DNA of 64,000 nt from an uncultured bacterium (GTDB taxonomy: Bacteria; Omnitrophota; Omnitrophia; Omnitrophales; Aquincolibacteriaceae), in the NCBI GenBank assembly GCA_964434115.1, contig CAYSSX010000001.1:329459-393458 (forward strand), read 5' to 3'. Positions within the stretch are counted from its first letter, which is position 1, and each line of letters starts with the position of its first letter. The notes under the pieces are model-generated. The model saw nothing but the letters and a program-made list of their open reading frames with translations. It did no database searches and had not been told where the DNA came from. Shown in pieces: positions 10,204-22,200 of this stretch. Made by a program: the position numbers and the translations under genes.

Positions 10204-13200
10204 ACGGAGTTCGGAACGCGGTTCTTCACCCCGCTCCGCGGCAAGGGCCGTAAGACTGGCCAAGGCCGCTGCCGCAGCTTCCCGAAGGTGCTGTTCAGGG
10301 GCTTGCTCGGCCAGATGTGTGAGTTCGTCAAGGATCTCCTGTCTTGTATCCCCTAAAGCCCCAAGGGCAAGAATAGCATCCTCCACAACAAGGAGGTCGA
10401 CGGGATTCTCGTCATCCGTCAAAATTTTCAAAACTGAGGGCGCTGCGCGCACGGCTGCGGGGCCCATGATGGTTAAACCCATGATGGCAAAATTAAGATT
10501 GAGTCCATGCAGACTGGGAGTTTCCAAAACGTGAACGAGTGCGTCCATGCCGAGATCCAAACCGCCTGCCCCCTGAAAACCAATGAGGTGCACTAAATTT
10601 CCATACTCGCCTGGATAGGCTTCGGCCTGCTGAAGCAGTTCCACCATTCTCGGCACCGTGCTATGGGCGAAAAAACGAAACGGCAAAAGTCCTAAAACTC
10701 CCGCAAACCGTGCAGCGTTCGGCGCCATCAAGAGATTGATTTCATTCTGAATGATCTCAGCACGGTTTGGCGCCTGAATAAAGTTCAAATACTCTGCGGC
10801 GTTAAGGCGGTGCATTTCAAGAGGTCCATTTTCTTCAAGTTCCGGATATATGTCCGTGTGCGCTTCCACGAGGACCTCGGAACTGGTGATCGTATCCTCC
10901 TCCAATCCTGTAAAATCTTTCCCTGAAAGGGCACGCGCGCGTGTCACGCCAAGAGCCATCAGAGCAGAAACCAAACGACGGTCCCTTCTCTGACCGCCAT
11001 CCGCTCTCATCCATTGCCTCAGGCCGGACAAAAGCTGGGTACGAAGTCCGGCTTCTTTTGCGAATTCAAAAGAAAGGGCCGGACCCAGGTAAGCGATCCC
11101 AAGCGCGGCCAAAAGGGCATTGGGACGGTATTCGGAATCCAGAAGCGCGCGCGCGTACAGTCCAAGCCCGGTGTCTTCGAGTTCCTGAGGCAGACCCATC
11201 GCCGGATAAGTCGTCCGAATACGGTCGATGAGCGCCGTGATCCGGGCAAAAATTTCCGTATCCGGAAACGTCGAAATTCCCGCGCGCAGCCTTTGCAGGC
11301 TGGCCCGGATTTCTCCAGAGTCTGGCTGAGCGGCCAACGAGGCGCTGAGTGAATCAACCACCATTTCAAGAACCGCTTTTTGGTCTTCCGTAAAAGCAGC
11401 GCGCAGTTCAGAACGGGCCTCGCCTCTTTCGCGGGAAAGTCCAGTCAGGCTATCGAGGGCCCGATCCGCGGCCTGCCTGACACTTTCGCTCCGGGAGTCT
11501 TCGGAAAGGAGCGAAAGCGCTGCCAAAACATTCCTGTTTGTGTTGCCCAGGGCAGCCAAAGCGTCTACGGCGCTCGTCATCAAAGTCTCATCTAAAACAG
11601 CCGCTCCGCTCAGCAAAGGTAAAACCTGAGGCGCAGCTCTTGAAGCTGCGGGACCCGACATCGTCAAAGCTTTTAAAACGTTTCCCAGCAGGCTTGGATT
11701 GTCCCGAGAGTTTTGCAGAATTCGCAGGAGCTCATCCAGCCCCTGATCTATCCCGCCCGCGCCCTGATGCCCAATCAGTTCAATCAAGTGCTGATGAGCA
11801 GCCGGATAAGCTTCGGGATGCTGCAAAAAGAACACAGCAATTGGGACAACCGAGTAAGCAAGAAACCGGTAAGGCGTCAGCTGAAAATGAATTCCAAAAT
11901 TAGCCGGCTGCTCGGCAAGACGGTTCCGGAGGTTCTGCACGGCCACGGAGCGGTCTGGGCGCTGAAAAAAGCGGAGGTAATCAGAAGCTGTCATTGGCGC
12001 CACGCCAAACAGGTTTTCATCGGCGCCTGAGAAACGGCTGCCTGTAAATGCTTCCCTGACAGGGATACCCAGAGCAATCTTTGCCATGACGAAGCGGCGG
12101 TCGACTTCCTGCCCCGCTGTTGCCATCAAAGCATCAAGCCTCTGAAGGAGCTCGCCGCGAAGCCGCGAATCATTTGTAAATTCAAAAGAAAGGGCCGGAC
12201 CCAGGTAAGCGATCCCAAGCGCGGCCAAAAGGACATTGGGACGGTATTCGGAATCCAGAAGCGCGCGCGCGTACAGTCCAAGCCCTGTGTCTTCAAGCTC
12301 TTCAGGCAAAGCCATCGCGGGGTACGTACTGCGGATACGGTCAAGAGCCACCGCCATTCTTGCGAAAATTTCAGAGTCGGGAAAATTTCCAAGCCCATCG
12401 CGCAATCTTTCGAGGCTGGCACGGATTTCTTCAGACCCGGGCTGAGACGCCAGAGAAGCATTGAGCGAATCTGCAACCAGCCCGATGACCGCTTTTTGAT
12501 CCGCCGTAAAAGCAGCTCTGAGTTCAGAGCGGGACAGCTCACCAGAATCCCCCCCCCTCTCTTCCAAAAGCCCCTTTAAAGACGCCAGGGCATTCCTAGA
12601 AAAATAACGCACCGACTCCTGAGTGTCTTTCTCAGCCGCCTCTTTAAGCGCATCGAGTATAAACTCCGATGTGTTTCCGATAGCCCCCAAGGTTTCTGCT
12701 GCAAGGAAACGCACCCCTTCCTCTTCATCGTTCATTCGGCTTTGGAGCACCCGAACAACCTCCAGGGATGCTTTGCTTCCTGCGGGTCCCATGCCCAAAA
12801 TCATTGTCAGGGCCGCTTCTATCATCCCAAGGCTTGAATCCTGGTTCACCAGAATAGAAATGGCCTCATCCAGTCCCCTTTCGACGGAACCAGGACCTGC
12901 CAAGGACAAAAGTTGCAAGAGATGCAGGGGCGCGCCGCGATACAGCGGGGTCTGGGCATGGCTTAATTCGATAATGCCGGCAACTGCTTGCGGGGCCATA
13001 AAGCGGTAGCGGGCGATCTGAAGAATCGCCTCATAATGGTGATCGGCCATTCTAAGCCTTGCGAGTTGCTGCTGAATCCGGCCGCTGCGTTCAGGAGAAA
13101 GAATAAGATTGAACCATTCCTCTTTTTGCAGCTCCCTGAGGCGTGGTCCTGCGGGGTTGAGAAGCGTCTCATCTTCGATGAGCGGCCTTTGATCCGCATT

Positions 13201-16200
13201 AAAGGCGCCGAGAAGATGCTGCTCGGCCGAATCAGTCGCGTTTTCCAGAGAGCCCGAAAACTTTCCAAATGCATGCACACTTTTCAATGGAACACCGAGC
13301 GCCAGCATCGCAGCCATAACGGACCGGTCTTTTCCGTCAGAGTGGGACGCCAAGGATTGAAGCTCCGTCAGAAGCTTTTCCCGAAGCCCAGGAACGGCTG
13401 AAAATTCAAGATCAAGGGCCGGTCCGAGATAAGCAATCCCGTGAGCCCCCAAAAACTGAGTCGGCCGATGCTGCGACATCAAGGAGTCAAGAGCATACTG
13501 GCCGAGCCCCGCGGATTCCATTTCCTGGGGCAGAGGCACCTGCTGGAAATCACTGCGAATCCGGTAAATCAACGCGGTAAATCGTGCAAATATTTCCGCG
13601 TCGGGAAAATCCCTCATACCGGAAATAAGCTCATTGAAACCGGCAACAAGGGCATCAGAGCCCGGCTGATTAGCAATGCCTGACCGAGCCCATTCAGAAA
13701 CCATTGATAAAACCGATTTTTGCTCCAGACTGAAAGCGGCACGAAGTTCAGAACGGTTTTCACTTCCGGGTCCGGGCAAGGCGAGAGGCGGTTCTCCGGA
13801 ATCCGGCAACACCGTAGCTATCGCGCTCCTCCTGCCGCTCAAGGCCTCCCGCTGCTCCTCAAGCGACTGCCGCGTTTTTTCCGCCATGTAATTCTTGAGG
13901 TGTTTCAAGTATTCCGGGTGACGGGTTTTCACGGTTTCCATAAAACCAAAACGGGCATCCGCCTCAATTCCAAGCGCGGCCATAGACTGAACCACGGAGG
14001 CATGGGTCTCCGGGCGGAGCATGGGGATAAGTGCGATCAATTCCATGTCCTCTTCTGGAGACAGTCTCGCGGCCAAAAGCGCGTCGAGCGCCCATTCGAG
14101 ATTTCTTTCGCTCTGGTACAGCGGCCGGGATAAATCGTTTTCATAAAGATCCCCAAGCCAGTGATTGCTCGCCATAGCATGATCTGAAAAGGCCTTTTGA
14201 AACAGTCCCTTCTTTTGCATCGGCGTCAAATACCGGCTCTCCCCGATTGAAATAATGACCACGGGAATTCCCCGCCGGGCCTTGCCGTTAAAAAAATTCA
14301 TCCCCTGCGCTGACAAACTTTGATAAAGACCATAAGCATCGTCCGGACTGAGCGGGATACCTCCGAGCAGCGCCCCCATCTCCGTAATCAAATAGGCGGA
14401 GGTCTCACCCCTGGGTTTAGGAATCTGATGAGTCAGAAGATTCAGGAGGTCCCGGTTAAAGTCTTCGCCCAGCCCCCATCGCGCAAGCCCTCTAAAAACA
14501 TCTTCCATCTCCATCTCCAGGCGATAGGCCCCCTTATAATCTTCCCTTTTAATCCGCCCATAGGCCTGCGCCCATCCGCCGCCCCATTCAAGAAGCTTCT
14601 TTTTCCGGTCTGCAGCGGTAAGCCCCTCTAGCTCCTGAAGAAAATCTGACCGGGTTTCCGACGGCCCCAGTGTACGAACACTTTCCTCATCGATAATCGT
14701 CACGGGCTGTTTCATCTGGTCTGCATAAAGCTGGGCCGCGTGGGGACGCCCCATCCGGGTCATGAGTTCTGCCAAACGCTGAAGTTCACTATCGCCAAGA
14801 TTCAGGCGCGGAATCAAGCGTATATGCCCGGTCCCCGTGGTCCCTTCGAGCCCCCCCATTTCAAAAGCGCTGAGATTCCGGTAACCGGCCGTAATAATTT
14901 CTTCGTTCATTTCGGGTGGAAGCTTGGCCTGGACAAGCGAAAAGAAAAGGTCCTGCGGCGCGTACCCATAAAGGTCGCGGCTGAAAGATTCGGACAGAAG
15001 GTTCCGGTACACCGCAGAACTTTGCGTATAGAAAAGAAAGAGCCCCTTCTTCTGTTCCGGGCTCAGGTTCAGACGCCCGGTCATACGCACGAGCCGCGTG
15101 ACTTCAACGCTGCGCGTGAAGGCCTTTTTCACGGCGCCCAGAATGTCAGAATCCTGCGGCGCCTTGCCAAGAAGTCCAAGGGCCGCTCCATTCACCCGGC
15201 TGTCGGGATCCATAATTCCCAAACTCAAATAGCGGTCCGCGTCCGCGCCCTGAAGCCATTGAGCGCCATTCTCCAGGCCTTTAAAAACCGCCTGCTTGAC
15301 TTCCGGCGGCTGGGCGGCCGAAAGGTAGCCGTCGGCAAAAGCAATACCTGCGGCGTAATCCGAAGCCAAAAGCACTTGCAAGTGGACTTCAATTTGATCC
15401 AGAGAAGGAAGCACACTTTCTATCTCGGAAACTAAAGCCCCCTCCAATCCGCCGGCATGATAGGGCATCAGTTCAGAAGACGCGGCCGTCGAGACTGTCT
15501 GATAATCAGCCCCTCCCGCGGGGGCTTGCCCGGCTTGAGCCGCAGAAACGCCTGCCTTTTCATACTTGGAAAGACGCTCACGGGCCGTGTCATCGATAGG
15601 AATAAGGTCTCTGAAGAAGTTTTCAAACTCAAGGGCTTGACCTTCCGTGAGGCCTCCCGGGTTAAATAAAAGCGGCGGGATGAATTTCTCGAAAGCCTTT
15701 TGTTTGCCCCCCGCGAGAAACGAACCGGCCAAACTCCTCCAGTCATAAAACTGCAGCCCAAACACCTGTCCGCTGGGTCCCAGAAGGCCCGTGGCGCGAA
15801 AAGCACGCACCCTGCCTGAGTCATCCAAAAGTTCCGGAGAGTCATCGTCAAAATAGAACCTCTCCGCGGCCCCTTCTTTAATAATTTGGGCCTTAAAATC
15901 GATTTCGCTCTTATCCTGGAAACGAACCTTGATTTCGCCGGGCTTCCCTTTCACGTCTCCGATTTCACGGAAAAAGCGCAGGATACCGCGGCGGGTCACG
16001 ATCAAATGAAACCCCGCGGAACCGACCGACATCAAATCACCCCGGTATTCGTCCGAGCGAAAACCGTAGGCGCGGCGCTGATAACCGGAAGGGAAAATGT
16101 TATCATCGGGATGGTTATGCAGATTGGAAGAAATCGTGTTTTTTCCGGGAAACATGGCGCTCACACTGCTCTCATTCCCCTTCAAGATCACAATCTGTTC

Positions 16201-19200
16201 GCCCCTGTTAAATAGATTCACTTCAAACGGCAGCTCTGCAATGTTTCTCAGATCCACCAATGTCGGCTGCGGCACATACGCGTAGAACCCCTGATCGTCA
16301 TTTTCTGAAAACTTCTCCAAAACCTGGCGGATCGAAAGCTGATCACCCAAAAAACGCTCGGCTTTGAGAATTTCAGAAGCGCTGCCAACGTGATTTGTGG
16401 AAGCCCTGATCAAATGCTGAAAAACAAGGCGGCGGACGCTGGGGTTGTGGTGCTTCAAAAGCTGACGTACCAGGTCATTCCCTTCGGGCGTGTTATAACG
16501 CAGAATGTTGGGCACAATTTCTTCCCCCCCATTATTGACGAGAAAGGCAGAGGCAACCCCTTCTGCATCAAGACGCCCCAAACGCTGACGGACGTAAGGT
16601 TCGTATCCTTCCGGCAAGCGGCGCGAAAGAAGAAAATAAGCCAGATGCTGGCGGGCGCGCCGGTCGAGCTGGGCATACGTGCCAGGCTGCAGCATAACCT
16701 CCAGAACTGACAGGGAAAATTCCACACCCCGCTCTACATGCTGGTTGAACCAGTGAAGATCCACACTTCCGCTTTTCCTTCTCACATCACGCATGGCGGC
16801 ATTAAACTTGACCCTGTCGACACCTTTCTGAATAACGTTTCCGATCCTGGCCAGAAGGCCGCCCGGCTTCGAAGGCTGTGCCCCCCCCGGCACCATGGCT
16901 CCTTCGCCTGGCCCGGGGACGGCAGGTAATCCAGGCTCATCATCCTGCATAGCCCTTAATTCGGAACGCGGGAAGCCCCCCTTCAGCACGTAAATCTGGG
17001 AAGCCTCGTCGGGATTATGATTCGTGACGGTGACACGGCCGTTTGCATACTGCACTTCAAAGTGCTGCTTCCCGAGCTCCAGGTTAACACGGTTCGGCTT
17101 TATCGCTCTCGGCCTGTGGCCCTGGGCCTGGACGTACAAACGGCCTTCGCTCACGTGAAAACCAATCACCGGATCCGAACCGTAATCAATCCGGAAAGGT
17201 CCGTCGTAAAAAAACTGCAGCTTCCCGCCGTCCCCTTCCACAAAATTTCTAGGCTGCAGCACTAGGCTGTGCTCGGGCTGAACGCTTTCCAGAATTTCGG
17301 AAGCTTCTTGATCATCCGCAAGACTCTGCTCATCCTGGCTGAGAGGTTCCTTGGGGGCCTTTTTCCGGGGCGAAGGCACGAGCCGTTCTTCGACATGAAA
17401 ACCGTTGGTCGACCCCTGGTTTTGTAGAATGACAAAATCCTGCCCTCCCAGAACATCCGTCATCAGCATCAAGTGGCCGGGACGAACAAAGTCCTCGATC
17501 TGGTGCGGGAGCCATCCTTTGGGCGCTGCTGGAGCCTGGGCGGCTTCGGCTTTATCAAGATCAATCGTGATGCGGTCTGCGGCGCCGGGATCGTCCGCCG
17601 CGCTCCGGGAAATCCGCGTGATCTGTGTAATGGTTTCCGGGCGGTCCGGTGAAATCATGTTTGGCAGGTAGTAATTCCTGACCAGGCCGTTTTCGTCCTT
17701 CCAGGAAATCACAACGGCCGACCGGCCATCCCGGATTTCCCCTGATTCATCCAGCTGAGAGGCCGCATCAAGCTGTTCACTTTTGTTTAAAAACAAATCA
17801 AACAGGCCCGGCAGTGAAACATGGCTGGTTTTGCTCCGGTAAATAAAAAGAGGCTGCCCATCATGGATTTCAACATCGTCGAGTTTTCTCCATTTTCCCT
17901 CCCCTTTCTCGTTGGCCAGGAAAACCTCCAAAAGATATTTGGGAGACGCGGCACCCACCAGCGCCCCGCCGGACTGCGAACTTTCACGCTCCGCCTGCAG
18001 GGATTCAGGAAAACGGACCATCCGGAAAGTCAGATTTCCAAGCTGGAACCTTCCCATATCTTCAAATGGGTATGCCCGGGTCTTTTTGAAAAAGAATTCC
18101 GTAACGCCCTTGGAAACAGATCTCGCATAGGTCCTGGAACTAAACCCCGGCACTTTCCCAAAATCCGCGGGGGCGGCAATAAAACGGTAAGACTCAGCCT
18201 CTTCTTCACTGCGCAATTCAGAGCGCAGCGCATCCTGCCCGCGCTTCACGGCCTCACGCAGCGTCGTGATGGGACGAACCTGCAGCGGGATAATACGGTT
18301 GTCGGCGTCGATGGAAAACTCAACGTCCACCGGGTAGCCGAAATAAGCTGAAAAGCCGTCCACAACCGCGGCTACGGCCAGCTGCTGTTCCCGCGTCAAG
18401 GAACTCTGACTCCGAAGCGCTTCGTCGTTTGCAATCACCGCATACCCCCCGGACTCAAAATCCAGGACCACTTTTTCCTGCTTCTGTCCGATATGCTCCC
18501 TCTGAAATTGATACGACTGGCCTTTGGCCGAAGGTTTCGAAATAAGAAAATAATCCGGGTCTTTGACGGTCTGGTCCACAAGGCCTTTGGCAAGACCATG
18601 GGCCGCTTCAATGCGTACCACCGAAAGGTCCCGTGAAGCGGTGTCCGCGCTAAAGGCCGTGCCGGAAGTCTTGGGGTTGATCATTTCGTCGATCAGAATA
18701 CTTTCCGCACCGGAGGCCCAGACATCCCGAACAGCCGCAAAAAGACCGGCTGTCCCGGTCACGTTTAACTTCGTTTCCTTCATTCCCGCCATCGCTTCTT
18801 CTTCACTGTCTTCTTTCAAACCGGACGAACGCACCGCCACAGCCCCCAGAACCCGGAGACGGTTCGCAAGAGAAACGGAAATGGCCTGAGGGAGGTATAT
18901 TGAAAGAAATGAGACGGTGAAATTCCGAAGCAGGTTCACGAGTCCGTCGATCACAACCGGATCCTCGGCAGCGCGCAAAGCATTCAGCGCAGGTTCCAGG
19001 ATTTTCTTTTCCAGATCTTGCTTGATGCCCGCTGCCGTCCTGTCATCTGCTTCGATCAATTTCAAAACAGACTCAATCTGTTTGACGGTGAGATCCCGGT
19101 AGGCCAAAGCTAGAGTCCTTTTGAGATCTTCTTCCAGATCTCCCTGCGTCTTGAACCAGCGTTCATATTCTGCAGGCTGAATCGCGAAGCCCTGGGGCGC

Positions 19201-22200
19201 TTCAACCTGGAAACCGGCCGGGATTTTATTCTGGGATTTCAGGAATTCAATGGCATGCAGGGTTTCCGCGGAGTTGGAGCCTTTGCCGCCCGCAAGAGGG
19301 CGAGAAAAGCGGTCTTTCAAATCGCTTTTCCAGAGAATCCCGAGTCCCTGAAGAGCTTTGACTTCATTTTCCCGCTCACCGCGGAGCGTCAGAGTCCGGC
19401 TTTCGAGTTCCTGCAAATCCCCTGAAAGTCCCATGGCGTCCAAAACCTGATCCGGAGCGCCCACCGCGCCGGCACGCAGAATCAGGGAGCGGTAACTGAG
19501 CAGCATGGATAATTCATGGGCCGGAAACTGGGCAGCACGTGTGAGAAAATCCCGGATCCCGTAAAAAAGGGCCTGGAGATAAATACGAATCTGCCTGTGT
19601 GCCGTTTCGCGGACCGAAACCTTGCCCGCTTCAATTTCTTTGGCCGTAATGCGTCCCTGCCAGGTGCCATTGGCAAGCGCAATCATTCCCTGAAGACTGT
19701 CAGCGCGGGACATAAAACGTTCGACATCAAGGTAGAGTGCATCCAGTCCGGCTGGAGACTGCGCCAGAGGGCTTTTCAACCGGGCGAGAAGATCCGCCAG
19801 CCCCTTTTCAAAATTGTCGACTTCATTTCCCGCGCGCCCCCGCAGAAAATCTTTCACGATTCCCTGGAGATCCTTCCGGTCTCCAAGCGCCTCCATCAGG
19901 CGGCTCAGCGACTCCGGGCTGAGAAGATTGGAATCCAGCAGTTCGTCGAGGATGGCGCGAAAAAGACTTTCACTGTCGAGAGTTTTAAAGAGTTTCTCAA
20001 GCGGCGCAAGATCAATGACCGCCCCTTCCGCAGCCTGCTGTCCCTGGCGCGCGGCCTCATACCCGCTTTGATTTTTCCAATCAAGAAAGGCCTGGAAATC
20101 AGCCAGTGTTTTTCCTCCGGCTTCCCCAGCTTCGGCAATCACATACAGCGTGCCTTCACGGGCATCCAGATAGACAAGATCGCCTTCCCGGATCGTATGG
20201 GTTTTTTGATTGCCTGCCTTCAATTCATAATAGGAAAGGGTCCGGCCTTTGAAGTCGATCTGCGTTTCAGAAGCATAATCGCTGTAACCTTCGAAAGAGA
20301 AACCTTCGGGGGTAATTCTCGCTGTGTTAAAAATACTGCCTGGTTTCCGGTTCTCTCCCGCACGGACGGAACCGTGCGATTGAACACCCCCCGTGGTCAT
20401 AACGATCCCCAGGGAAGCAAAAAGATGAGGATCATCCGTATTGTCCGCGCTTTCCCCGATCCAAAGCGCTCCCCGGAAATCTTCCGGTGAACGTCCTTCC
20501 TTTTTAAAGCGGGCCACTGCCAGCGTCTTTCCCGGCTGCACAGACAGACCGCCGATCGAAAGCGGGCTTACGGCGTGACGGGCCGTGCTTTTCTCAAAAA
20601 GACCTTCCGGGTCAAACACACCTTTTACCTGCGCCACAGAGTTCACGGCTTCCTCGGATGAAACCGAAGCATCCAGCGAGGATTGACCGGGCGCGGTTTC
20701 CACACTGCGCGCTTTCAAAAGTTCCCGGCCCGCATGTGTCTGTCCAAACCCATGAAGTTTCAAAAGCTCCAAAAGCCCTTCGCTGCTGAGATGGTTGCCG
20801 TTCAGTTTGATCCCGCGCGCCCTGTCATACGTCTGTTCCGGAGAATAGAACCGGCCCAGGTACGCGGCACCTCCGTAATAAGCCTGGCTCTCCGGGTCTT
20901 TGATCAGATCAATGGTGAGGTCTTCATAGAGAAGCGGAATCACAATCCTTTCCACTTCATAGCGCCCCACCGACGCAAGCACACGGTGTTCGGCAAACGG
21001 ACGAATCATCAGCGCCAGCGCTGCCGTCTGCCGGGCATCCAGGGAAAGTCCGCCGTCGGCCCCCTCCGGAAAAAGGTTTTGAAGAAGCGCCTCTACCGGT
21101 GAGCGGAGCGCCGCTTCTTGAAAGGACACTGAAAAGCCCAGGGTCCCGCCCGGGGCATAAACGGCTTCACTGCGGTCCGCGGCCTGTTGAAGGCGGCGGC
21201 TGAGCCTGTCGAGAAAACGCTGTCCGGTTCCCTCCAAAGGCACATTAAATTCCTTCCCAACACCTTTCCAGTGGGCAAGGTCCGGACGCGGGGCCTGAAG
21301 CATGAAAGGCACGCCGCTGTCACGGACAAGGAAGCCGTCTTCCGAGAAACGCTCCGCGATTTTTTCAGCCGCCTGACCGGGATTTGTTTTCAGGGAATCT
21401 GTTTCATTGATCCTCAGGTCAAGATCCTTGGTCGAAGTCAGCGCCTGAATCGCAAATTCCAGTTTTTCGATCATCTCGGCCAGAGAGCTGGCATTGGAGT
21501 CTTTATCGAAAGAGGCATCCAGCGTGTAACCGACCTTGCGCACCTTAAACCCCGCAGCCGTGAAGGCCGCGGCGAGAGAATCAATGCGGATATTGCTCCC
21601 CGGCGCGTAATAACTTCCGCTGTCTGTGTAGTTGATAAACAGCCGCCCTGTCTCCTGAACCGGAGCCAGGGAAAGCTGGATGCGCGCGCTGTGCACCCCC
21701 AAAGGAAGGTTGATCAAGGCCCGGTTTTCGGTGGAAAGGATGACGGCATCCTTGACCGGAAAAAGAAGATTGTTGCGGTGGATCAACTGCCCCTTGGCCA
21801 AGGCTACGGCCGCAAGTTTCACCGGAAGCGGATGATTGCTGTCCGGGGCTGAGCGGGCATCCAGATAAGAAAATGGAACGTTCAGCAAAGGTCCCAAAGC
21901 GCCGCCCGTCCCTTTCTGATTGAGCAGAACCGCTCCCTGAGCCGCGCTGCCGTCCGAAGGAAAAAGAGTCGAGAGATTGCGCACGCCTTTTTGGTGAACA
22001 ATATTGACGAGTTCGTGAAAGCTGGTTCCCTTGATCGCATCATAGCGGGCGGTTTCCTTGGCAATGCCGCCCAGGACCTGCTGCTGATACTGACGGTACT
22101 CAGCGTAAGTCACGCCTTTGATCAGGGCCGGATGATCTTTTTCTGTTTGCTCGGCGGGCGTGAGGATAAGCGAGGCTGAAGAACGGGCATCGAGTTCCTG

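Noticed and set aside
10204-13755. Intragenic repeats considered as a CRISPR array or mobile-element remnants
   Set aside because: Repeat units are ~1.2 kb, in-frame and coding, with no short direct repeats or unique spacers. No transposase, integrase or inverted terminal repeats were seen anywhere in the window.
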